Part shown: one piece after another, positions 9,974 through 19,498 of the stretch
Layout of the letters: each line of letters starts with the position of its first letter
How positions within the stretch are numbered: the first letter of the stretch is position 1
Source of the DNA: Nitrosopumilus sp.
Lineage (GTDB): Archaea > Thermoproteota > Nitrososphaeria > Nitrososphaerales > Nitrosopumilaceae
DNA length: 64,000 bases
NCBI GenBank assembly: GCA_965224195.1
Contig: OZ245040.1
Location: 1,536,001-1,600,000, forward strand
Direction of reading: 5' to 3'
Made by a program: the position numbers and the translations under genes
Notes under the pieces: generated by a model
Databases searched by the model: none
What the model saw: the letters and a program-made list of their open reading frames with translations, nothing else
Told to the model about the DNA's origin: nothing

Positions 9974-10455
9974 GGTTCTGTTGCGTTAGTGGGTGTTAAG
10001 TAAAAATCTTATTCGTGTTGCGTGTCGGGTGTTTTTGAGGCGTTTTGAATTATGGTCAACCATTTGTTGTTTCCTTTAATGTCAATGCCTGCCCTCAAAG
10101 CTGGCGTATTACTATACAAGCTCATGTGAGGTCTAATGTAATTGTGATATAGCTTGATTCCTGTTAAAGCTGGACTGTCGTCTTTTTTCAAACCACGAAA
10201 TACTTTCTCACGATCCCGAAACTCACCGTTCAATCTTTCCTGTATGTTGTTGTTGGCTAATTGATTCTTAAAGTGAACATCTTTGACGTGCTTGCTTGGC
10301 TTGTGTAGGAAATTCTTTGGTGCAAACTCCTTTTTGAATGCGTCATTATACGCTGGCAATCCATCAGTTACAAATGTAGAGGGAACTTTCTTTGCAACTT
10401 TCTTACCCATCTTTAGAAGACTTTGAGCGTCATGCTTGAACTTACTATCTACCAC
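9974..10455 (-). mobile_element. IS6-family element, 5'-truncated transposase (10009-10455)
   Basis: VTDGLPAY, NNNIQERLNG, WLTIIQNASK; terminal repeat GGTTCTGTTGCGTT at 9974-9987, resembling the IS257 end. Confidence 0.9.
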
Positions 10456-10641
10456 TTCCTGAATTGAAACATGGTGATGAATTTGAGAAAAGAGTCAAGC
10501 ATCTAAAACATGATATGCAAGAAAAATACTTTGATCGTGCTGAATTTGTTAAAATGGGGCAACAAAAAATGAATGAATCCCTATTTCGTGATTTTATTAA
10601 ATTCACAAACAAGATAAACACCAAATAATCACGCTTCTACT

Positions 10642-11090
10642 ATGATACATGATTTTATTTTTAACATGACTCATCTACTTGATATATTTGCATTAGCTGC
10701 AAACATAACACTCATAGTTACAGTCTACATATTATTCTCTCAATCCAGAAAGAAAAACAAAATTGCATCCATCCAATTATGTCGAGATTTGTTAAATCTC
10801 ACAGGTAAAGGTAATAAACTAAAAGAGACAAACAATTTCATAGTAAATAATGATTAGACAATTGCAAAAAAATTGATATTGAAAACTTTCTAAACGAATA
10901 TGATGATATTGCATTTTATTGGTCTGATGGTATTGTACATATAAAACACATAAAAGAAATGCATGGAGCTATTCTCTCAAAAATCAAAACTGATAAACTA
11001 ATCCAAAATATCATAAAAGAAAAAAGAAAAGAAGATGAGTTTTATTTCTCCAATTTGGTAAAATTATTGAAAAAGATTAAAACTATCTAG
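10642..11090 (+). pseudogene. DUF4760-like membrane-anchored protein, split
   Basis: N-terminal TM ORF 10642-10857 continues in another frame as IENFLNEYDDIAFYWSDGIV...FSNLVKLL*. Confidence 0.55.
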
Positions 11091-11094
11091 TACC

Positions 11095-11232
11095 TGTTCT
11101 GCCACCTGTGAGATATTTCTCAAACATGACGGTAAGTTTTGCCCCTGTTGCAAAACTCAGCTAAGAACAAAACCAAAATCTAAATTGGGTAAACAAAAAT
11201 GGACTGAAAGACACGGACTGCCATTCCTCTAA
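11095..11232 (+). pseudogene. 5'-truncated small Cys-rich Zn-finger protein, paralogue of 45869-46066
   Basis: TCEIFLKHDGKFCPCCKTQLRTKPKSK vs CSLCALFFFTEENTCPCCKTRLRTKARSK. Confidence 0.65.
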
Positions 11233-11357
11233 TGTAAGAACCGTAATTGGAAAGAACGGATTGCCTTTATGTACTAGTAAAATGTTAAGGAAGGATGAGA
11301 AATAATGTACCCAACGCTGAAATAATGCTTTAATATGGTAATTATGATTTAAAACAT

Positions 11358-11507
11358 ATGGATTCATTACAGAGTTTTGTACATAATGTAGTAAGAGATG
11401 ATAATTCAGATACAAAAGGACTTCAAGATCTTATGAAGATATTAAATGATCTTGATAGTGAAGAGAAACCATTATACATTCGTCGTAAAGTGACATCTAA
11501 CAGATGA
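11358..11507 (+). CDS. Small acidic protein (49 aa) translationally coupled to the protease
   Basis: MDSLQSFVHNVVRDDNSDTKGLQDLMKILNDLDSEEKPLYIRRKVTSNR*; ATGA overlap with 11504. Confidence 0.6.
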   Translation: MDSLQSFVHNVVRDDNSDTKGLQDLMKILNDLDSEEKPLYIRRKVTSNR

Positions 11508-12400
11508 AGGATATTATAACTGACGGAATTTTTACTAATATTTTAAATCAAAACAATCATGATTATAGACAAAAGCTGATAAAACTAATCGAGGATAATC
11601 TTGGTGGCAGGATCATATGTTATATTGAAAACCCAGAACATCCATTTGCATTTATCAATATGGATGATGCAATTGCATTTGAGGATATGTTGCGTTCTAC
11701 TGGAAAATCTAAAAAAGGATTTTTAATCTTAAATTCTTCTGGCGGTGATGGAAATGCGGCTGAAAAACTACTGTCTATGTGTAGAGAAAGATTTACAGAT
11801 GGTTTTACGATAATTGTTCCAAACTTTGCAAAAAGTGCTGCAACTATGATGTGTCTTGGAGCTGATAAGATTATGATGGGTTATCTTGCAGAGCTTGGCC
11901 CTATTGATCCACAGATCTCTATTCCTAACGGAGTTCCCATACCTGCCCGTTCGTTCATTGATGGTTTGGAAATGGTTAGACAAAATGTGAAAGAGGGTGA
12001 TCCTCCCACCATGTATTTGTCTATGTTACAAAAAGTACGACCTGAGTTGATTTCTCTTTGTAATTCTGCAATTGAAGATGCAAAATGTTTTGCGACTGAT
12101 TGGCTTACCAAGTACATGTTAAAAGATAATCCGGCACACGCCAAAAAAGTTTCTGAATGGCTGTCTGATGGTAAAACATACAAATCTCATGGTAAAATGA
12201 TTAACTATAATGAATCTAAAAATATTTTAAAATTGAATGTTGATTTAATTGATTGTAATTCTGAGCTTTGGTATTGGATTTGGGAATTGTATGTGAGTTC
12301 TATTGTTTATATTCAAAGACAGGGTCCTCACATTGCCAAGCTTTTTGAGAGTTCGACGGTTTCTTTAACTTCATCTGTTGTTCTACCCACACCTAAATAG
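11504..12400 (+). CDS. SDH-family ClpP-fold serine protease
   Basis: LNSSGG, AKSAATMMCLGAD, LGPIDPQ and SHG motifs. Confidence 0.88.
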   Translation: MKDIITDGIFTNILNQNNHDYRQKLIKLIEDNLGGRIICYIENPEHPFAFINMDDAIAFEDMLRSTGKSKKGFLILNSSGGDGNAAEKLLSMCRERFTDGFTIIVPNFAKSAATMMCLGADKIMMGYLAELGPIDPQISIPNGVPIPARSFIDGLEMVRQNVKEGDPPTMYLSMLQKVRPELISLCNSAIEDAKCFATDWLTKYMLKDNPAHAKKVSEWLSDGKTYKSHGKMINYNESKNILKLNVDLIDCNSELWYWIWELYVSSIVYIQRQGPHIAKLFESSTVSLTSSVVLPTPK

Positions 12401-13566
12401 GGCATTGTAAAGTTGATGGGGCTTTAGATCCTAATTTTCTCTTGTCAACTTTCGAGACCTACATTGTTACTTTTCGGTTGCTGTGAAAACAATCTAAATT
12501 TGGAAATAAAATATGTATTTGCAATGATGGATGATGAAACCAGATTCTGGATTGCTCAAGAAGTTGGTGACAGAAAAGAAGGACATAACGCAGGAGGGTT
12601 ACTACAAAAGGCAAAACAAGTTACACAAACAAAACCTAAAGTGTTCATCACAGATGGTCTAGGATCATATCATGAAGCATACAAGAAAGAATTTTGGACA
12701 TTGAAAAGACGTAACAGAACATTACACATCAGACATATTCACTTGCAAGATGACATGAACAATAACAAGATGGAACGACTCAATGGAGAAATTAGAGATA
12801 GGGAAAAAGTAATGAGAGGAATAAAGAAAAAAGATTCAGTTACACTAACTGGTTATCAGTTGTTTCACAATTACATTCGACCACACAGTGCATTAGGTGG
12901 ATTGACACCTAGTGAAAAATGTGGTATGGAGATTCAAGGAGACAATAAATGGATTACATTAATTCAGAATGCTAGTAAGAAATGATTATTGATTATCTTG
13001 ACAATGAACAAAGAACAGGATTTTTCTATCTCTCATTGGATTAATTACAACTTCTACTCTTCCATCAATGATAAACAACATGTGTCCTGCACTTTTTTGA
13101 ACATGTGTACATTCAACAAATGCAGGATGTTTTTCAGGATGTTCAAATTCAACAATGTCTGTTTTGAATTTGGTTAGAAGATCTACGGAAGGATCAGAAA
13201 CATACTCAATATTTACAAAATATTGTGACCACGTAGGTGTTTTACATGTCCAAAAACGAGTCAATATGTAACAAAAACTACTGAGGGATTAAATATCTAC
13301 TTCTTGATCTTCCGTATGCGTCTCAAATTTCTTAGATGATTCTTGTGCTATTTTGAAATGACGTTCTTCCCAATGTCTTTTCTCGGATTTCATGTTATAA
13401 TGTAACATAATACATGTTATAAATTTTCGAAGTTTTACAACAATCACACACGATTATTAAGAAATTTACATAATCTTAATAATATTTGATATTTGGACGG
13501 TACCACTCAAATCTCCATCAACTGACTTTTTACGCCTATTTTATCAACCGCAGGCTTTACAGAACC
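12401..13566 (+). mobile_element. IS6-family element with passenger ORF(s); truncated transposase 12464-12985
   Basis: ITDGL, NNNKMERLNG, WITLIQNASKK; IS6-like ends GGCATTGTAAAGTT (12401-12414) and, on the minus strand, GGTTCTGTAAAGCC (13553-13566). Confidence 0.8.
12986..13264 (-). CDS. IS passenger hypothetical protein (size and pattern weakly RelE/ParE-like)
   Basis: 92 aa ORF whose stop abuts the transposase stop, inside the terminal repeats. Confidence 0.5.
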   Translation of the reverse strand: MTRFWTCKTPTWSQYFVNIEYVSDPSVDLLTKFKTDIVEFEHPEKHPAFVECTHVQKSAGHMLFIIDGRVEVVINPMRDRKILFFVHCQDNQ

Positions 13567-13642
13567 CAAAAATGACTAAAACTGATCCGTTTTTCGTATA
13601 AAATGGACCAAACGGTTATAACGTAATAATGTGAAAAGTACG

Positions 13643-13752
13643 GTATGCAACTTACTGTAACATATAACATTGAGAAAACTCTAAATATTCAGTTAGCCTA
13701 AATGCGTTAGACTAAGTATGCAACCTACTGTAACATATAACATTGAGAAAAC
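13643..13752. repeat. 37-bp direct repeat (13643-13679, 13716-13752; 1 mismatch) flanking a 36-bp unique insert
   Basis: gtatgcaac(t/c)tactgtaacatataacattgagaaaac x2; insert tctaaatattcagttagcctaaatgcgttagactaa. Confidence 0.95.
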
Positions 13753-13939
13753 CACTAGTGGTTTTATTGGACAATGTGTTCAGTTTCCACAAATATTCAC
13801 AGAAGCAAAAACTGAAACTGCACTAAAAAAAGAAATGGATGTTGTTTTAGATGGTTATTTCAAAGCATGTCCACAAGCACACAAAATGATTAAGAAAAAT
13901 GTAGGACATGGAACGTACGAAATCAAGAAAAACGCATAA
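13718..13939 (+). CDS. HicB-like antitoxin
   Basis: IEKTTSGFIGQCVQFPQIFTEAKTETALKKEM follows the HicB beta-beta-beta-alpha pattern. Confidence 0.7.
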   Translation: MQPTVTYNIEKTTSGFIGQCVQFPQIFTEAKTETALKKEMDVVLDGYFKACPQAHKMIKKNVGHGTYEIKKNA

Positions 13940-14153
13940 CTGGAATCAAATCCATTATGTGGTTACTACAATTTTAGGATATAGATCACTTTCAAAATAT
14001 CGAGATGCTTATGTTTACTATCAGCGTGCTGGTTCTTACATAATACCCGTAAAAAAATCCAATTCATTGTCTAAAGAATATACTCAAAAATTAATTCCAT
14101 TGTTTGGAATTTCATATACCGAATTTGTAGATTTGTATAAATCTCGTTCTTAA
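13908..14153 (+). CDS. Divergent HicA-like toxin
   Basis: Overlaps the hicB-like gene; ILGY...IIPV...LSKEYTQKLIPLFGISYTEF resembles HicA but lacks the GSH motif. Confidence 0.55.
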   Translation: MERTKSRKTHNWNQIHYVVTTILGYRSLSKYRDAYVYYQRAGSYIIPVKKSNSLSKEYTQKLIPLFGISYTEFVDLYKSRS

Positions 14154-15140
14154 TCTTTACTAGTATTTTGAATTAACGTAATCAATTTATTATATTCTTT
14201 AATCTCCACTTCATATACACTAAACTCATATTATTTTTTCTTCCCTCTAAAGTGGGGGCAAAAAAACAATACTCGTTAATTTCGTCTAACTATGAGAATG
14301 ACAACAGATAATACCACACCACCACCAAGACCTGTTAAAACAATATTCCAGAAATTTTCAATCATGCAATAACTATCAAACTGTGCATATAACTTCTATG
14401 TAACAATCATTTTGATTTTGTTTAATTAATAATTATTAATTAATCAATTTTGTAATCGTTTGAATAATTTATCACATTCTTCTTGTGCTTTTCTACTTGG
14501 TTCATGCCAATACGGATTATGGTTAATCTCTTCTTTCTTGAAAGGGGGACTGGAACAACAGTCCAAGCGTTCAGTATTTGACACTGAAGCATATGCTGCC
14601 CAATCCAGGGCAAGGCATAAGCGCATATGAAACAGCAGACTGTCACAATTGAACTGTGACGGGTTTGCAAATAAATGCCGCATTACAATGATGTTCATAA
14701 TGAGAAAATAAATGACCTTGTAATGCGTTTCTGCATGCGGTGCAGAGTTTCAAAATTATACGGCATATATTTACGAGACTGTATCTGCTGCTATTTTTGC
14801 ATCTGTTGGTGGCAAAGACCTTGAGCTTGCAGGTGCTGTTGCATCTGTTATGAACATGCAGTATTCCAAATGTCAATCTCTGGCGTATCCGGATAGTTTT
14901 TCAGATTACAGGAATCTCACTATATGTTGTTTTTTAGACCGGTTCAGGTTTGCTGTTGATGATTGTGTTACAGCACGCCAGATGCATTCTGAAAATCCTG
15001 GCATGCCTGTAGTTGAGGACATCACCGCAAAATTTCTAGAAGTCATCAAGATTTCACTTATTTGTAGCTGGATGAAATTATTATCTTGAATTTTTTTTAA
15101 ACGTGAACAGTTTTATTAACTCTGAATTTAATTCAGTTTA

Positions 15141-15590
15141 ATGGAAGATCCACATCATTGCAAATGCTTTTCTATTAAAAGTATTCAAGAGTTTAAAGAT
15201 ATTCTTTTGGATTTAGGATTTAAAGATGGATTTCAAGAAAATCACGGACAGGTTTATGGCTACGCATTAAGAGTTGAAGATAAACTTTAACATCATATCA
15301 AAGTAATGCCTGATGGCAATATTGAATCAGAAATGGAACCGCCACCTGCATATCCTGCAGCACATCTAAATCAAGAGCATAGTTATCCTGCACATCAAGA
15401 AACAGAAAAAGTTTTACGCAAAGCAAAAATTTAATATGATATTATAAATCCAATACCAAACACATGCTTGAACAGAAAAATCAAAAAACCAGATAATCCA
15501 ACACATGCAGCTGGATTTGCCATTGGAGGAGCATTATTAGGCATAGCAGGCTATTTTTTGAAAAAATTATTCGATGATGATAAAAAATGA
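15141..15590 (+). pseudogene. Hypothetical protein with C-terminal TM segment and two in-frame TAA stops
   Basis: One 150-codon frame: MEDPHHCKCF...FQENHGQVYG...HIKVMPDGNIESEMEPPPAYP...GFAIGGALLGIAGYFLKK. Confidence 0.75.
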
Positions 15591-15716
15591 TCATGCCAAT
15601 AATTTTACCATCACCCTAACTGAACCACTCTGTCACCCGAATTTACCATCAGTTGAAAATCCGGCCTAGTTTTGACCAAAGTATCAGATAACATAACATT
15701 CAAAAAATGCGGGATG

Positions 15717-15968
15717 TCATTTGCGCGACATGTCTGCGCGTACTGTATGCTGCAAATAGCTCATTGCCTTTGCTTCCTCCAGTTTCATTGCATCAAGTAT
15801 CTCCGGGTTTTGCAGCTTGCCTGACGGCGAGGGCACAATCCATATGGTTGCAGGCTCTGCCAGATCAGGGGACGGCCTGTCATATATGCTGCCATACATA
15901 TCCTTTGCATGCTGCAATGCGCGGTCCCTCTCATGGGATATCATGCCGTCATAGTTTGAGTTTGCCCT
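15717..15968 (-). pseudogene. C-terminal fragment paralogous to the 4723-5940 secreted protein
   Basis: RANSNYDGMISHERDRALQHAKDMY...EPATIWIVPS vs RTNSNYDGIISYEKDRALQYVKEYY...EPVTIWIVPS. Confidence 0.85.
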
Positions 15969-16093
15969 CCTTGATCTCAATTTCAGCTCTAAAAGCTGGT
16001 GTATGCTCATCTAAACTCATGTGTGGTTTTATGTAATTGTGGCATAGTTTGATTCCTGTAATTGCTGGTGAATCATCTTTTTTCAAAACCTCG
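15968..16093 (-). mobile_element. IS6-family transposase internal fragment
   Basis: LKKDDSPAITGIKLCHNYIKPHMSLDEHTPAFRAEIEIK is close to the 10009-10455 transposase. Confidence 0.8.
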
Positions 16094-16381
16094 TTCTATA
16101 TCTAATTCATGTTGTGCGAATGCCCTGGTTGCATTATCATCCCAATCTACTTTGTTCATACTATATGTTGATTTTTAGGTTAATTATATTATTTGCGATC
16201 ATTTTACTAGAGAATAAAAAATATTTCACAATATTGGGAATTGATAGTAGTTTAAGGTTCAACTAATTTTTGAGATGAAATTTGGATTATGTAGTTTGCG
16301 ATCAAAATTATAAAGTTGATTATTGGAATTTAGTTTTAGATCGTCACATTTAATATCCAATTGGTAATATTTTCCATTTAG

Positions 16382-16882
16382 TTGGATCAGAATACAGGAA
16401 ATAACAGCATTCAAATTTATCGATATAAAAAAGAGATCCAGTTATCATATGATATCATTGAAGAGAAAATCAGCAGTGAAACAGAACACAAATATTCTTT
16501 AAAAATAAAAAAAGATGAAAAAACTAAGAGATATTCTTCTACTTTTGAGTTTAAAAAAAGAACTTCAATTAAAGAGAATGAAGACTTGTTATGGTATGGC
16601 GTTGATGCACAAAGAGAGACAGAGTCAGAAGTTCTAAGTTTACATCATAATGTGTGTTTTAGTAAAAAAGGATTTTTAATAATTACTGGAATGACTAATA
16701 GAAATACATTGTTAAAATATCTTGTAGATTTACTACAGGGGTGTTCTGCAATCCACACTTCTGATTCCCAAGAAATATGTTCAAAATATTTTTTGAAAAA
16801 AGATATTATAAAATTATTTAAGTTAATTATAAAGTTAAAAAATAATAAAAAAGTGAAAATAGACATTGACTATACTTCCTAG
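16382..16882 (+). CDS. Hypothetical protein, probably 3'-truncated at the island's right edge
   Basis: 166 aa ORF whose low-complexity tail runs through the region upstream of mpg. Confidence 0.45.
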   Translation: MDQNTGNNSIQIYRYKKEIQLSYDIIEEKISSETEHKYSLKIKKDEKTKRYSSTFEFKKRTSIKENEDLLWYGVDAQRETESEVLSLHHNVCFSKKGFLIITGMTNRNTLLKYLVDLLQGCSAIHTSDSQEICSKYFLKKDIIKLFKLIIKLKNNKKVKIDIDYTS

Positions 16883-17423
16883 AGAGTTTTATTCAAAAGA
16901 TACTGTTACTGTTGCAAAAAATCTTTTAGGGAAAAAAATAATTAGAAAGATAGGACATGATGAAATATCAGGAATTATTATTGAAACAGAAGCATATAGA
17001 CATAATGATGACCCAGCAAGTCATGCATTTAGAAAAATTACAGATAGAAATAAGATAATGTTTGGAGATGTAGGATTTGCCTATGTCTATTTCACATATG
17101 GAATGCATTTTTGTTTTAATGTTGTTGCAAAAGATGCTAAAAAAGCAGCTGGAGCAGTTCTTATTCGTGCAATTAAGCCTGAAAAAGGAATTAAAATAAT
17201 GCAAAAAAATCGAGGAATACAAAATTTAAAAAATCTTGTTAACGGACCTGCAAAACTAGCACAAGCCTTAGACATCACCAAAGAACATTATGGTATAGAT
17301 TTGACAAAAAAATCTAAACTATACATAACTGAAGGGATTAAATCAAAAAAAGTAACAGCATCAGAAAGAATAGGAATTACAAAGGCAATAGATAAGCTTT
17401 GGAATTTTAAAATTAAAATCTAA
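16866..17423 (+). CDS. mpg: DNA-3-methyladenine glycosylase (MPG/AAG)
   Basis: IIETEAY, YVYFTYGMHFCFNVV, AVLIRA, NGPAKL, RIGI. Confidence 0.95.
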   Translation: MTILPREFYSKDTVTVAKNLLGKKIIRKIGHDEISGIIIETEAYRHNDDPASHAFRKITDRNKIMFGDVGFAYVYFTYGMHFCFNVVAKDAKKAAGAVLIRAIKPEKGIKIMQKNRGIQNLKNLVNGPAKLAQALDITKEHYGIDLTKKSKLYITEGIKSKKVTASERIGITKAIDKLWNFKIKI

Positions 17424-18052
17424 TCTTTGTTATTTTCATCCAAAGTCCAAGGGGCAAACTTTCCAAGGATTCTTGCCCAATCTAATCTTAGTAACAATAC
17501 AATAACTGCAGTCATCATTACTGCAAAAATAATAATTCCAATGTATATCGAAGTTGCGTCATCTACATTTTCAAGGAATGGTTCTACTAATGACAATCCC
17601 AAATAATGTGAAATAAATACAATAGAGTAACTTAGAACTATTTTTCCAGTAAGAGTTGCAATAAAGAATCGTTTTGGATTATATTTTGCCAATCCCAATG
17701 GAACGTACACTAAATCGTCAGGAATTGGAGTTGCTGCAGCAAAGAATGCAGCTGCTGCACCATATTTTTTAATTAATCTTTCAAATGGACGCATTCTCTT
17801 TTGAGTTTTTTCATTAATCATTCTTCTCCCTCTAGAACTAATATAGAAAATAATTTGTTTTGCGACAGTTGCAGTTATTGCAGATACCAATGCTAAAATA
17901 TGTAGATCGTACTGATTACCTACAGACATTGTAGCAAGAAGTAAGAATCCAGGTAATGGGACAAAAGGAACTAAAGAACCAAAGAAATTAACTAAAGCTA
18001 GAAGAGTATATCCAATGTCAGGTGCAAACGGAAAGATGTCAACAAAATCCAC
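17420..18052 (-). CDS. VTT/DedA (YqaA-like) membrane protein
   Basis: Multiple TM helices; FAAATPIPDD...GK motif. Confidence 0.85.
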   Translation of the reverse strand: MDFVDIFPFAPDIGYTLLALVNFFGSLVPFVPLPGFLLLATMSVGNQYDLHILALVSAITATVAKQIIFYISSRGRRMINEKTQKRMRPFERLIKKYGAAAAFFAAATPIPDDLVYVPLGLAKYNPKRFFIATLTGKIVLSYSIVFISHYLGLSLVEPFLENVDDATSIYIGIIIFAVMMTAVIVLLLRLDWARILGKFAPWTLDENNKD

Positions 18053-18217
18053 AAATCAGACTGTTTTCAGGCCGTATTTAATTAAATCTAGAATGGAAAC
18101 ACCTTGCAATTCATTAACTAATCGTTATTTGGAAAGAAATAGTCTAAAATGCACTAACTATAGGTAAATTATTAAACTAAAAAATTGTTAATTATTAATA
18201 TTTTAAAATCATCATAA

Positions 18218-19336
18218 ATGCCAAAAAAAGATGAATCATCAAAATTTGATTGGAAAAATATGGAATTGGTAGGACTAGGTCCTACAAAGTTTAGTAATCC
18301 TGAAGGAGCAGATGCAAGACGCCCAAGAATTGCAAATGCAATGTATCTTGGCCAATATCCAAAAAATTACGAAATGGCAATTTTTGTTGACGGAATGACC
18401 ATTTCTTCAACTTCTACAACATTTAATTCAAAGGTTCGAATTCATAAAATTCCAATCAATAAGCCAGAGCATATTTGCCTAATCTTAGAATTGGATGCAA
18501 ATACAATTCAGTTTACAGAATTAGATGATATTCTTAATTCATCCGAACTTAAATTATTATCAGAATGGATCAATAATGAGAATGTTCAACTATTAAAAAT
18601 TGCTAATGAGTATGAATAATATAATAGACAATTTTATCATTTTATGTACGACATTATTGGAATCATTAAATCCATCTCCCCCTTAAATTCAAATCTTCAA
18701 AATAAAATTATTTCTCAAACTACAACAGCATTAACATTATTTCATAACAGAATTCAATGTGAAGTATATGCAGCATACCTATAAACAAATCATTTAATTG
18801 AGTTATTTCCAGACAATCAAGAGAATTTAACAGAACCAGATTTAAAAATTGATGGAGTTTATTCAGATATTAAAACAATACTAATTTTAAATCATAATAA
18901 AGAAAAACTATTAAAAAACTATCAAAATAGATTGAAAAAAATCTTAGATGATGAATTAGCTCATTCACAAGTTGGAGATAAAGGGACATTCTTTATTGGA
19001 GTTTGGTCTGGTTTTGTTGCATCAGTTATTTTTTCAGTAATAAACAAATTTCATTCAAACTCTGCTCTGCAAAAAATATCTATTTCAGAAACCATCCCAA
19101 AATTTGAGCCAAATAAGATTATCTTTGTTTTACCAACAGAGGTTGCTTTCAAAAATTGCTATATTACAATGGATAAAAATAGAATAATTTGAGTTTTAGA
19201 TTGGATAATTAAAAAAGGATTTCCAAAAATTCAAAAAATTGAACCCATGGCATACTTGGGGAAAATTGACATTCGTAAAGGATGTACTTTTGGGATAACA
19301 GGCTCTAATCCGATGGCGGTATTCAAACTTAATTAA
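18218..19336 (+). pseudogene. Degraded PD-(D/E)XK nuclease-like gene (ORF pieces 18218-18619 and 18932-19192)
   Basis: Coding-like sequence continues through stops and frameshifts; EPDLKIDGVYSDIKT near 18835. Confidence 0.5.
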
Positions 19337-19498
19337 AACAAATTACCGTTAAAAATCCATAATATAAAAAATTCAGATTATTCCTAAAAATGAGCCAAAA
19401 TTGAACCCTGATAAGACATAATCATAAAAAGATAGATTATTTTTGCGAGAATATGTGATGACATGCATTAAAATATCATCTTTTTAGAACTCTATCAA

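Larger units (their letters stand above)
4666..16850. mobile_element. Decaying accessory island made of IS6/IS5 remnants, cargo genes and pseudogenes; boundaries approximate
   Basis: At least 5 IS6-type fragments, one IS5 fragment, patches of higher GC and many broken ORFs between truncated tldD and mpg. Confidence 0.75.

Noticed and set aside
11141-11156. GCCCCTGTTGCAAAAC resembling the IS26 terminal repeat
   Set aside because: Explained by the codons for CPCCK in the Zn-finger remnant.
11200-11272. Imperfect repeat gaaagacacggactgcc / gaaagaacggattgcc
   Set aside because: Short, gapped, and with spacing that does not fit the 71-73 bp pattern; may be chance.
5050-13752. A conventional CRISPR array or DGR template/variable repeats
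   Set aside because: Each repeat occurs only twice, the three are unrelated and derive from host gene sequence, the two mismatches do not form a DGR-like A-to-N pattern, and no cas or reverse transcriptase gene is in the window.
15717-16010. 97-aa ORF as an intact gene
   Set aside because: Chimera: its first residues come from an out-of-frame IS6 fragment and the rest is a paralogue C-terminus.
18826-18837. TTTAACAGAACC resembling an IS6 end
   Set aside because: Lies within a continuous coding frame (NLTEPDL) with no transposase nearby.
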